From: Tubiluchus corallicola
Lineage: Eukaryota > Animalia > Priapulida
Direction: 5' to 3'
Assembly: GCA_030141605.1 (NCBI GenBank)
Contig: JAQGDQ010000355.1
Location: 62,001-126,000, forward strand
Length of the DNA stretch: 64,000 nucleotides
The notes under the pieces are model-generated. The model made no database searches, was not told the origin of the DNA, and saw only the letters and a program-made list of their open reading frames with translations. A program made the position numbers and the translations under genes. Shown here piece after piece: positions 26,692-38,600 of the stretch. Numbering within the stretch: the first letter of the stretch is position 1; each line of letters starts with the position of its first letter.

Positions 26692-27220
26692 TGTGTAATA
26701 ATAATAATTATCCATCAAATTAATAGGTATAGTTTGTGTAATAATAATAATTATCCATCAAATTAATAGGTATAGTTTGTGTAATAATAATAATAATTAT
26801 CCATCAAATTAATGTGTATAGTTTGTGTAATAATAATAATTATCCATCAAATTAATAGGTACAGTTTGTGTAATAATAATAATTATCCATCAAATTAATA
26901 GGTATAGTTTGTGTAATAATAATAATAATTATCCATCAAATTAATGTGTATAGTTTGTGTAATAATAATAATTATCCATCAAATTAATAGGTACAGTTTG
27001 TGTAATAATAATAATTATCCATCAAATTAATAGGTATAGTTTGTGTAATAATAATAATAATTATCCATCAAATTAATGTGTATAGTTTGTGTAATAATAA
27101 TAATTATCCATCAAATTAATAGGTACAGTTTGTGTAATAATAATAATTATCCATCAAATTAATAGGTATAGTTTGTGTAGTAATAATAATTACCCATCAA
27201 ATTAATAGGCATAGTTTGTG
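26692..27220. repeat. 43/46-bp minisatellite, 12 units with a 132-bp higher-order period, overlapping the exon 9 acceptor
   Basis: Unit tgtgtaataataataattatccatcaaattaataggtatagtt. Confidence 0.95.
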
Positions 27221-27391
27221 GAGCACCTCCGTCACCCAGGCATTCTTACAATGTTAGCAGAACATCATACTCATCCTTCGAGAACGTGACGTTTACTTGC
27301 TTACCAGGGTACAAACCATTGCAACACGTGACAGTCACGTGTCAAGAAAATGGCAACTGGACTCACCTACGTGGCACTTGCATAGAATCAA
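27209..27391 (+). CDS. Exon 9: last sushi module
   Basis: (R)IVCGAPPSPRHSY...FTCLPGY...CQENGNW...CIES; donor A|gtaaga. Confidence 0.85.
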
Positions 27392-30373
27392 GTAAGAAAT
27401 ACACGTCCTCATTTTTATGTACCTTCATTACCTTTTTTTGTGCATAAAAGTTTTGCAGTTATTGCGCAACCATTTAAGAAATTTCTAATTGCCTACACCT
27501 TTGGGGCAGATCTAGTTGTCTATACAGTGGCATCATAGTATTTATCAATAGGCTAACTAGGCTGTAACCTAGGACGCCAGATGTTTAGGGCCCAGTGTTA
27601 AAAATTCTCATCGTTATAATTCTGCTCGTAAAATATTTTCAATGTTTCGTGTAAATCACTTATTCCGTATGAGTATTTCTGAAAGCGTGTAAAGCTGGAA
27701 ACTTTAGTTCCTGTTTTTTTCGAGATTGTCAAAAATCCAGATGCAATCAATCTCAGGATTTCATTAGGAATACAGTACTTATTAAAACGCCACACTGCAA
27801 GCAACTACACATTTTGCTTTTATATATATATTCCCTATGACAAACAAATACCACTTTGTACAACTAACACATGAAAAGTATTACATTATGAACGGTATTG
27901 CAGCCAGGTTTGAATATAAGCACTACGCAAATGCTTGGCATTAAAAATAATCCCGTGGGTGATAAATTAGTATTGCTACTAATACACTACAATCAATTGT
28001 TGATTAGGGTATCATATAAGAAACAACTTGATGCGTATGGGCGGAACTGAACTAACAGCCTAAGGCGTCGTTCTATCTTAATAACAAAGATTGTACGGGA
28101 TTCGTTTGTCTGTTGTGACATTCACATTTTGTAGGAATAAAATGCAAAAAGCCACCACTGAATACTGGTGCAATACTGCTGGGATCATCACGTTATATAG
28201 GAGACAAAGTCGTCGTTTCGTGCCCGTCTGCTTCAAAGGCTCTGAAGAAGATTTTGGTTTGCACAGAAGGTGGAGTTTGGAGTGGTCAAGCTTCTTGTAT
28301 AGGTATGCTAACCAATGCAAATTTTATACTTGCGTGTGGCTAAGCTTATACTTTTCCAGGGTAAAAATTGCTACCAAAATTACGTCCTAATTTCTCCAGT
28401 TAGTCTTCTTTTAATTTGAAAACTGCGCACAAAAAGATGTTCCATTGATAGGAACGAGAAGCTTTACGAAAACTCGAACACTGAAGTACAAAAAATTGCT
28501 TTCGAGACGCACATGATGTACGTGACGTAACAAGAACTTTAAATTTTGCAGTGAAATTGGCTGTAAAAATTGAGAGGTCAGCCATTTTGCACTGCGGAAG
28601 AATATTGCGTTGGTATGGCTTTCAACACAGCGGGCCAAAAGTTTCATGAAAAAGCGCTGTACACTTTCACATTGGTTACTATCAATACATGTGTTACACT
28701 TAAAATATTGCTGCATGTGAAGTAATATGACAATATTCTACTCTTTATAGACTCATTCTCACTACATAATAATTCTACTGAGATTCTATCTGAAAAAACC
28801 TCGGGAAGAAGGGGACCCTTAATTCTTTATAAAAAAAATTTTGGCCATATATATATATATATAATGAATTATATCAGCTGAAATAACTCGACTAGTTAAT
28901 ATCTTACATGTTTATTGACACATATAGCATTTTCTACACCCAAATAAAATACCAAAAACATAACATAAAAAACAATTTGTTCATTGACAAGCTAGACGCA
29001 TTATTACATGAAATATAATTTTAGCGTGATATTAATTTCAATCGTGAATATTTACATGTGTTTGAAAATAATTAAAGATCATTATTTTCACGAACTTTTT
29101 CAAGTTTTTACAAATATTTGGCTTTGTTTACAGTAAGTTCTGTTATAAAAGAGTTGATATGTTCAACATAGTGGCATATTTAGTTTCGGGACATTCTAAG
29201 ACCACATGAGTAAGGGTCTGAACAACTTTCAAATCACAAAATTGACATTTTTTCGCTCCTGTTCCTGCTCCACCTGCCAGTGTCATTTCGTGGGTGGTGA
29301 TTTCCTACTCTGAATCTTGAAATGATTATCCTGTAATGTTCAGTCAGAAAGCTGTTATCATAAAGTAAGGAGGGTTTAGTCAGCTCAGGGTTTATACTAC
29401 AATATGAAATATTGTCTATAATTTTTTAAGAATTGAAAAAAAGAGATGGCGATAATCAAACGTGATTGTCCCTAGCACGAAAGCATGACTATAACGAAAT
29501 CTGTAGCATCACGGCAATTGACGTCTAACATAATGTCAATCATTTTCGTTGACTGCTCAACCAGCGTGCAAGTTATTTCACACACCACCGCAGCAGGTTC
29601 GGGACATTTAGCTACAGCTCAGAGCAACACTGTTATGAAATATGCTCAACTTTTCATTAGTTAGCGGGAGAAATGTTAGCCTGGTTCTAGATTTTATTAT
29701 TGTCAATTGAAATTGCAAGTGAATTAGTGGAAATATATAGTCTAGTTTCGTTTATATGGTGCTTACGTTGCAGCGGGGGCGGAGCGATAGACCAGTATGT
29801 TTGACGTCAATTGTTAATACATGCAAGGTAATTGAGGATTAAGCTGCAGATGTGCTTGAAATTATAGAGGAGATAGGTGACAGTGAAGGAACGTTGAAAT
29901 GGAGTAGAGTGACTGTCAGTGGGAGCTTGAGTAAAACACAGAGATCAATTTAATTATTCTCAGCTATCTTAAATAGTAAGGTAGGTTTTAGCACAATTTC
30001 ACGTAATGTATAATTTAGTACGATTTTTAAGTTTTATAATTGTGAATGTTTTTATATATGTATACTCTTACATAATGTATAATTTTACTATAGTTTTTTA
30101 AATAGTTTATATTTTTAAATACTTTTAGTTTTAAATTTAAATGTTTAATTTTTTCGAATTTTTAAATAAATTTATATATAATGCGTATATCAGACAAACC
30201 GATGTCTACAGCTTATTAAGGATGTTAAAGAGTTTTTTGCTTTGCGTTATTAGGCGTCTATGAAATGTTGAAGTCGGCGGTCCGTTTGTTATCAGGAGCA
30301 GAAGTGGGCGACGACTTCCTTGGTTTCTTAAAAAGCGACCGTTTTATCTGCTCAGTAATTCAAAATTTTAACT

Positions 30374-30904
30374 TGTTGTTGGCATCCTTCTGTCTCGGAA
30401 GACAATGGAGTGTGCGCCAAGAGAGTCAGTTATTGATCACATTGATGGAGCTGCAGCGTCGACTGTGGCTGAGCAGTGCGATCCTTGAACGTCTCCAGGG
30501 CAAGGTGTATGGAGATCCTGAATTGCCCAGACAACAGGAACCCCCTCTCCTCCTCCCTGGTGTAGTCCAAAGGAAAGCGGAGCGATACGTTTGGCACCAG
30601 GTTGGCTGCAGGAGCTGCCGGAGTCAGTGAGCATGCTGTACTGGTCCGCCTTCGGAGCTCCACTCCTGATTTGGAAGGTTTACTCCTCTACACATGGCCG
30701 TTGGGTCACTTGACCTCCGCCCTCTAGCCGTTGGCTGCTTGTGCAGCTCCTCCGCCTACAGTGTGGAGATACAGTGTGGGCATCCCGCAAGCCTACAGCA
30801 CCTGGTATTCCTAGGCGGTCACCCATCCAAGTACTAACCAGGCTCTAAGTTGCTTAACTTCGGTGATCAGACGAGAACCGGTGTTTTCAACGTGATGTGG
30901 CCAT
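30374..30904 (-). mobile_element. 5S rRNA-derived SINE, near full-length copy 2
   Basis: 12-bp TSD aaaattttaact (30362-30373, 30905-30916); 5S head, shared body, (CAA)n tail. Confidence 0.9.
30789..30904 (-). rRNA. 5S rRNA-like head of the SINE (not a standalone 5S gene)
   Basis: Reverse complement reads ...CACGTTGAAAACACCGGTTCTCGTCTGATCACCGAAGTTAAGCAAC...CCTGGTTAGTACTTGGATGGGTGACCGCCTAGGAATACCAGGTGCTGTAGGCTT; first ~5 nt and the T-run terminator are absent. Confidence 0.85.
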
Positions 30905-30946
30905 AAAATTTTAACTAATATAACTAATATTGTTTATAAATTTCAG

Positions 30947-31161
30947 CGCATTGCAAACCTAAATGTCAAAACGATGGTTTGTGCACACACAAAAATCGCT
31001 GTCTCTGTCCTCCTGGATTCTATGGACAATTCTGTGAGAAAGCAAGGTGCATTTTACCATGTCTTAATGGAGGAACGTGTGTCCATCCGTTTCGTTGCTC
31101 GTGCCAACCTGGTTACACTGGAATGAGGTGCCAAACAGGTATAATCAAAAACTGTAATTAA
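30947..31161 (+). CDS. Exon 10: two EGF-like modules, probable terminal exon
   Basis: CKPKCQNDGLC...CEKARCILPCLNGGTCVHPFRCSCQPGYTGMRCQT; TAA at 31159-31161 overlaps AATAAA; alternative donor at 31138. Confidence 0.85.
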
Positions 31162-33499
31162 TAAATACCTTGCTGGTATAGCTGGTATGGGTTTTACTGC
31201 AGTATTCCAAAGCTTGTCATAGTTGTGTATAGGGTTTCATAAATTTTGGTACCTCTAAAGAAACTCTATTCTTAGATATTCCGATGAAAAATGTAATAAG
31301 TCCCACAAATATATACTTTAATTTACCATCTACTTTAGCAATGCATAACTGGAACCTTACATATGAGTATTACGAATAGAACAAGGCAGTTTAGAAAAAG
31401 CAGAAACGGTTTTTACAAAAATATTTTTCCTAACTGGAAAACGTTGAATAGACAATAGATAGTCTATGCGGGCTTTTTTAAAAAATATACGGAATTTGAT
31501 AACACGTTTTTAAACCAATAAAGTTTTATTGGAACACCGAATAGTAAGCATTGAAGTGTGATTTACGCCAGAAATTTCGTGTAAGAAATTCGAAATCTAC
31601 GCAGCTGAGGAGAGCAGAGGTATTACTTGACGGTAGCACCCAATATAAGATTAATTGGCAGTTATTTAACAAGACGTACCATTCTGACAAGTAGTATTAT
31701 GGTTATAAGTCCAAGAAATACCTAAAACTATCAGTCTGTAATTCAGATTCGGCCTATTTCATGCTGCATTGGCTGCATCGCATTATTTTTTAACATCTTG
31801 ACCAAATGATTGTTCAGAAATGAGTAACAATATTTAAGAAACATGTTCTGCTGCACACATTATAAGATGTGATATACAATTTGAAGATTTAGTAGTTTAA
31901 CTACTAGCAGTTTTTGAAATAAGATGGTAATCATACACGTATGAAGTGACATAGAGAAAAGTAGTAGCCAGCATATAATGTAACCTATATAAAACGCAGA
32001 TCCAAAGTCACTATTGCTGTTAACCTAAAGCACAAGAAAGCCCTTTACTTACATCAAGTTAAAAAAATTGTCTTGACATTTTGCGTGGCTTATATAGTCT
32101 CGTTATGCACAGAGCTTGTATTAGCAGCAAAGGTGCACAAAACACGAAGATTAAAACTCCTGGGATGACCGTCAGGCGCAGCCATTTTGACGGCACGTCA
32201 TTTGAAACAACTTTAAATAAAATGACGCACACTTCACTAACTAAGCAAAAGTAAAAGTTATTGTGTCCTGTGAATAAGATTTAAAATATTTTTCGTGAGT
32301 GGGTGGTGCACGCCGGGAAGGTGAGTCAGTCACATTTTACCAGTCGGAACAAACGTTTAAAATTACTAAGAATTTTCTTTTCTCCTTACAAAAGTCTCTC
32401 AAGCAGGTGAGTATAATACATGTACCAAGTAATATAACTCTGCGTGGAAAGTTTCTGGGGACTTACGCTAAAACTGCATTTTCTTCCCTTTTAAATTAAG
32501 CAGGTTTTTTTTTCATTTGCATTTGCCTTGTCTATAAATTCAATTAGTGTTGCATCACTATTATTTGCATTTCATTTCTTTTTTCAGAAATTTACGTGTT
32601 TCCTTGCTCTTTCTACGTTCTGTTTTTTGCAGCTGGTTTCTAACAATTGAAGTAATGGTACAAAAATGAGATCAAAAAAGTTTACCACTAAAAGCAAAGT
32701 GCCAAGATGACGGTCGTAGCTAGAGTTCGCAGTATTGGCTGGAATACCACAATAAAGAAAATTGCTCATTTAAATTGTTGTTTAGTCGGTTTTGATAGTA
32801 GTTGCTATGATTTCTCTTGACTGTGCCAAAACGTTGGACAAAAAAGTATTAAAAATTGATAGAAATTACACACAAATTGATTTCCAAAGGACTGTTACAG
32901 CCTTAGCCACTCTGCATGCAGAAATAAAAAGATCAGAAGTTCCAAATACAGAACTAAAAAAACATGCTACGTTATCTTGCATAATCTGTACCCTGAAAAT
33001 ACTGGACTGCTCTCCGCTTTTAATGGAGGCAGAACGGATGGCACCGCGGCCTACACCGTGCGGCATGTCTCAAAAACCAAAACCAAAATAATAAAATAAA
33101 AATGACGATTTATTACCAAAAAAAATGTTCCAAATAGCTTACCGAATGGAGCAAAGCCTGAAGTGCGAACAGAGCTGAGATGAGATGAGACGACCACTGA
33201 CCACTGACTAGGATCTACAACAGACATACCCTTTTTATAAGCTCAGGTGTGCACGTGACTAGTTGCTCCCACTAACACAAGGTCAGAATAAGAGTCTATG
33301 TGCTAGTTAAAGCCACGTTCACACGCACACCTGAGACGTCTGCTGTATTCCCCTGCCAGTATTACACTATCTCATCACAGCCCTGCAGTACAATACTTTT
33401 GTCTTCCTTCTTTATTAAAATTGATCATGCTTCATTTTTATTTATTTAAGGTTTATTTAAGCACATAAAAATGATATATAAAAGTTATAATCTACCCTA

Positions 33500-33889
33500 A
33501 TGAATTTTGATGTAAATAAAGTTTGGAATGGAGCTGATACTTTCATTTTGACAAGTTGTATAACCGAATCTTTTCATTGTGTGTTTTCAGTTAATTTTTC
33601 GAATTTTGCTGATGGTAAAATACAAATACAGGATGTATATAAAATAACAAGTTTAATTAGAAAATTACTTGTCTTCGACTCCAACCACAAAAAATCTATA
33701 GCAACGTTTACAAAATTCAGAATAAGTGCACGTCAACTTGCTGTTGAGGCTGGCCAATACTACGAACCTCACGAAGATCCGGTTGAGTGAACGTGTAGGC
33801 AGGTGCTGTACTCTAAACTAGTTAGAAGACGAAATGCACATTGCGATAAACTGCCCGAGATATCTGAGGATAAAATTTTTTACAATGAC
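33500..33889 (+). mobile_element. Degraded non-LTR retrotransposon C-terminus, host site of the LTR element
   Basis: TKFRISARQLAVEAGQY followed by EDEMH...CPRY-like motifs. Confidence 0.55.
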
Positions 33890-33892
33890 CTT

Positions 33893-35080
33893 TGTAAGGT
33901 TCTTACACATAGCTAAACTAGATATTGCTGTAGTATAGTCTGTGGGAAGGGCTTCCTACCTATCACCCATCCTTTCGTAATATACTATAACCTATCCATG
34001 CATAACATGATCTTGGAAAGTGCATGACACAGATATCCAGGAGGGTACAGTGTAACTGCTGAATCTGAAAGCAGCCAAAAATGCTTTAACTCTTAACTTT
34101 AACTTTACTTTACGAAAATGGTTAAAATCCTAAACTTGATTATATAAGAGTCTGAAGCACTAAACTTGTGCACATCTACTATTTGACTGATCTAACATAA
34201 AGAGACTATCAGTGGTGATACCAAACTACTTCAGTTTTGATGTTGTGGATGGAGCTTTATTCACACTGATGAGATGTTGGAACTCTCTACGATGTGTCTT
34301 ATTCTAAACTACACAGAGACGCGTGACTAGCCACCAGTGTCCAGACGTTGTGGATCGTGCACGTATCCTGAGTCAACCACAGAGACTTGTGAGCCATTCC
34401 TTAGTTCATGTTTGATTGGTGCTGCAGCCGGCGTCATCACCGTTGATTGTTATGGCCATAGACTTGAAGTCGTTGATGTGTTGCTGTGACTGACTGGAGT
34501 GAGCTACGTCCGCGGACTCCTATCCTATGTCCTTGTCCTCTCAGGGGAAGGGTTAACTGATAAGTAGATATTTTGTTTTCTTTTCACTTTGTTATTTTTG
34601 TTATTCTTAACTGCCTTTATGCGAAACTGTTATTGATATTATAACCTGTTCTGATTTATCTAAACAGAGTAAAAAGTGAATAAAAATAGTAAACATAATC
34701 ATAATCTTTTCCTCCATTTCATATAAGATTTTGTTGTCTGAATGTTTGGAATCTATGTATGTCATGGTCAACATGGAAAACCATAATGCCTAAGTAGACC
34801 CCCGTAAAACGTAACATCAAGCCTTAGACCCGCTGGTTTTTCAAGTGAGCCCTTCGACATTGCAACCTCACTAAAGATATATTAATTATACCTGTGTCGT
34901 TGAATTTTGGTTCATATGCCTTGTTGCCCTCTGGAAAATTGTAGGACAACAACCGCCCACGTATGTTGCACAACCCTTTTATTGTGAATAAAAGATGACG
35001 CGACAGGGTAGTCAGATTTGTGGATGAGTTGGGAGGTAAAGAGTTGCACCCCCACCATAAAAATCTACTAGCTCCCAACA
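33893..35080 (+). repeat. 5' LTR
   Basis: TGTAAGGTTC...GCTCCCAACA; direct repeat of 39377-40559. Confidence 0.95.
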
Positions 35081-35084
35081 TATT

Positions 35085-35097
35085 TGGTGGCAACGGT
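35085..35097 (+). promoter_or_regulatory. Primer-binding site, probably tRNA-Leu
   Basis: TGGTGGCAACGGT 4 nt after the LTR; one mismatch to the TGGTGGCAGCGGT expected for tRNA-Leu. Confidence 0.7.
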
Positions 35098-35665
35098 TTT
35101 CTTTATAACAAACCCATTTTACAAAGTTGCAAATGTTTATTTTTCATTCTGCTTAGTAGTTTTGCTTAAGTAGACTAACCAAGTTATTAACCTTGGAGTA
35201 AAGTATCAAAGTTGTTTTAGGTGAATGAAAGAAGCCATACAGTATTAAGCTGTCAAATTTGGCCCTACATATTAATATTGTTAATTTCGCTTGAAATTTG
35301 GATTTAGTGTTATCTGCCTGAAGTTATTGATATGATTGTTGTTGTGGTTAGGATTATTTCTATTTGAGCCATTGAATGCATGTCGATTAATTGTCTTAGT
35401 TTACAGTGCTATTACTGTCTTACAAGTCTGCGTTTTTCAGTCAGCTGTTTTGATAAGAAATTTCCACTCAGACGGTGTGACCCAGATAACGTTAGCTGGT
35501 CACATTCAGATAAATTTGCGTTTATAAACGGCTGCATGTAAAACCGGTAGCTGGTAAATATAGAGCCATTGAAAATTTTATTGCTCTCAGCTGTCCTTGA
35601 ACGATAGTAAAGCGTTTAACATTACCTTATTGATACAAAGTTTATTATAGAAGCCAGGTGACTTA

Positions 35666-38600
35666 TTGGTTGTTCAGTTAAACTGGAATTGCAAATCCCT
35701 GCTCATTATTGTACCATGGATGAATTCACGCATGACGAGTACTTCTTGTCAAACTTTGAAGGATGCCTTAAAGGTAGATGCTTGGACCAATCCTAAGGAG
35801 CGGATCCTAAATGATCCTAAGCATACCATTTCTTGTTCGCCAGATGTACTTGTTGCTACTCGGTCTCAAGCACGCAAACAAAACCTTGAGCAACGAATAC
35901 AAAAGGATGCAGTAAAGATGCTTACTGATGAACAAAAGCAAGGAAGTCTCAAGGAGACTGATAGTGCAGATACACTTCCAAATAGCCCAAATACTCTAGC
36001 AGCAGAGTATCAAGACACAGATCTTTTAGCAAGTGTCAACAGGATTAAACTTGCTGCTGAGCAAAGAGAGGATGCCACTCTCAGAAATCTTTTTGATCAT
36101 CTTCTGATGTATTCTGAAGCAAAGAAACAAGGATCAGGATACTTTCTCAGAGATAATGTCTTATTCCTTCTCAAGAAAAAGAAGCGAGACAATTCCTTCT
36201 TGGAGTTACTAGTAGTACCTTCCACCAGAAGATTACAGGTTCTTGAGCTTGCACATGATGCTAGAACTGCCGCCCATTTTGGGATACGGAAAACAACTCA
36301 TCGTGTTCTTGACTATTATACTTGGCCAGGGGTCCATTCTGCCATAAAGAAGTACATTAAAACTTGCACTTCATGTCAGAAAACCAGCCGTATAATGAAA
36401 GCAGATAGAGCTAGACTCAAACCACTTCCTATTATTGAAAAACCGTTTGCAAGGTTGAATATTGACATTATTGGCCCTCTGCAAAAAACGAAGCAAGGCA
36501 ACAGATATGCTCTTACAATAATTGACCAAGCAACCCGTTTTCCAGATTGCTACCCCATGAAGAACCAAACAGCATCTTCTGTAGCGGATGCTCTTACTCA
36601 CTTCATGTGTAGACATGGAATTCCTGAAGAAATCCATTGTGATCAAGGAACACAGTTCAAATCTACACTGATCAAGGATCTCGAGGAGGCCATACATATT
36701 AAAGGTATACTCTCCACTCCATACCATCCTGAATCAAATGGTTTGGTAGAGAAGATGAATGATGTTCTGAAACAGTCCATTAAGAAACTGGCCATCGATC
36801 ACAAAGAGTCAGACTGGGACGAACTATTACCTTTTATACTCTTTGCATATAGAGAAGTGCCACAGAAGAGTACAGGCTATAGTCCTTTTGAATTGGCTTA
36901 TGGCTACCCAGTCAATGACCCAATGGCTACTTTATCTAGAAGATGGGGACTAAAACAATCTTCATCACCACAAGATGTTGATGAGTATGTTGCAACAATT
37001 CTGCATAGAATGGAAGACAGCACTGACAATGTCAGAGAGTCACTCAAGAAAGCAAAGATTGCACAAGCCGAGTGGTATGATAGAAAATCTAGAGATCGTT
37101 CTCTTGAGATAGGCTCACTGGTTAAACTTCTTCTTCCTAAGTCCAAAAAGAAAATGCAAAAACAGTGGAAAGGTCCATATGAGGTTGTGGACAAAATCTC
37201 AGACCACGTATACAAAATTGCTTTAGGTGGCCGAAAGAAGAAACAACAGAATTTTCATATCAATCTCATTCAACCTTGGTATTCAAGAGATGAGACAGAA
37301 ATCCTCTTCTCACAGAACATACTACCGAAGACTGCCCTTCAGCTGATGGCATCTTCCATAGATAGTCCTTCTCTCTTATCGGTTCATTCAGATTTCCCAG
37401 AATTCTATGATGATACTTCTTCTGATTCACCAATGCAGGAAGGCAAACTGGATGACAGTTGTTTTCCACCATCAAAGGTAGAACGAAAACAAACTGTTGA
37501 TGATATAAAATATCCAGAACATCTAGATGAAACAAAAGTCAAAGAACTGAAGAATGCTCTTGAACAGTTCACGGATGTTTTTTCAGATATTCCAAGAAAG
37601 ACAAACCTCATTGAACATGAGATATTGATAAACACTGACAAGCCCATTTCTTCTAATTATAATCGTTCTGCACAAACTCAGCGAGAAGCGATATACAAAG
37701 AAATTAAAGAAATGGAGATGTTAGGCGTCATCGAAAAATCTGATAGTCCTTGGGCTAGTCCGATAGTAATTGTTCCTAAGGAAGATAATACAATTCGTTT
37801 TTGCATTGACTTCAGAAAGGTCAACAAAGTTACACACTTCGATAACTATCCTCTTCCAAGAATGGACGAAATGTTAGATGAGTTACAAGGTGCTCACTAC
37901 ATCACTAGTCTCGACATGACTAAATACTATTGGCAAGTTCCAATGAAAGAAAGCTCTAAACCAATTACAGCTTTCGTTACTGAATTTGGAAAATGGCACT
38001 TTAACGTAATGCCTTTCGGCTTATGTAATTCAAGTGCAACAGCTCAAAGACTAGTGGACCAAGTCCTAGAACCTATCATTCAACATGCCCGCGGCTACAT
38101 AGATGATGTGATAATAAAGAGTAATACGTGGGAAGAACATCTTGATCATATTCATCAAGTTCTTTCACTAATCAGAGAAGCTGGTCTTACAGTAAAACCA
38201 CTGAAATGTAACTTTGCACAAACAGAAACTAAGTTTCTCGGTCATATCATTGGCAATAGTCAGATCAAACCACAACCACAAAAAATTGAAGCAATTTCTA
38301 ACTTTCCTCGTCCAATGACAAAAAAACAAGTCCGCTCATTTCTTGGTCTTGTTGGCTTTTATCGCCGTTTTGTCCCTGGTTTTGCAAAAATTGCTGCTCC
38401 CCTATTTGAACTGACACAAAAACACAAACCCAATGATATTCACTGGTCAACAGAGTGTGAGAACAGTTTTGAAAAACTACGTAACTCGTTACACTCAGAA
38501 TCAGTACTGAAAAGTCCAAACTTTTCCAAGCCGGTTAAATTAACAACAGATGCTAGTTTTCAAGGCTTAGGTGCCATACTGACACAAGTTGACGATGATG

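Noticed and set aside
30789-30904. Functional 5S rRNA gene
   Set aside because: 5' end missing, no T-run terminator, fused to a repeated body with TSDs
32633-32643. Alternative terminal exon giving CQT-AGF* for the sushi gene
   Set aside because: Good-looking acceptor but too short to distinguish from chance
34260-34300. CTGATGAG in the LTR as a retrozyme-type hammerhead
   Set aside because: No GAAA or supporting stems downstream
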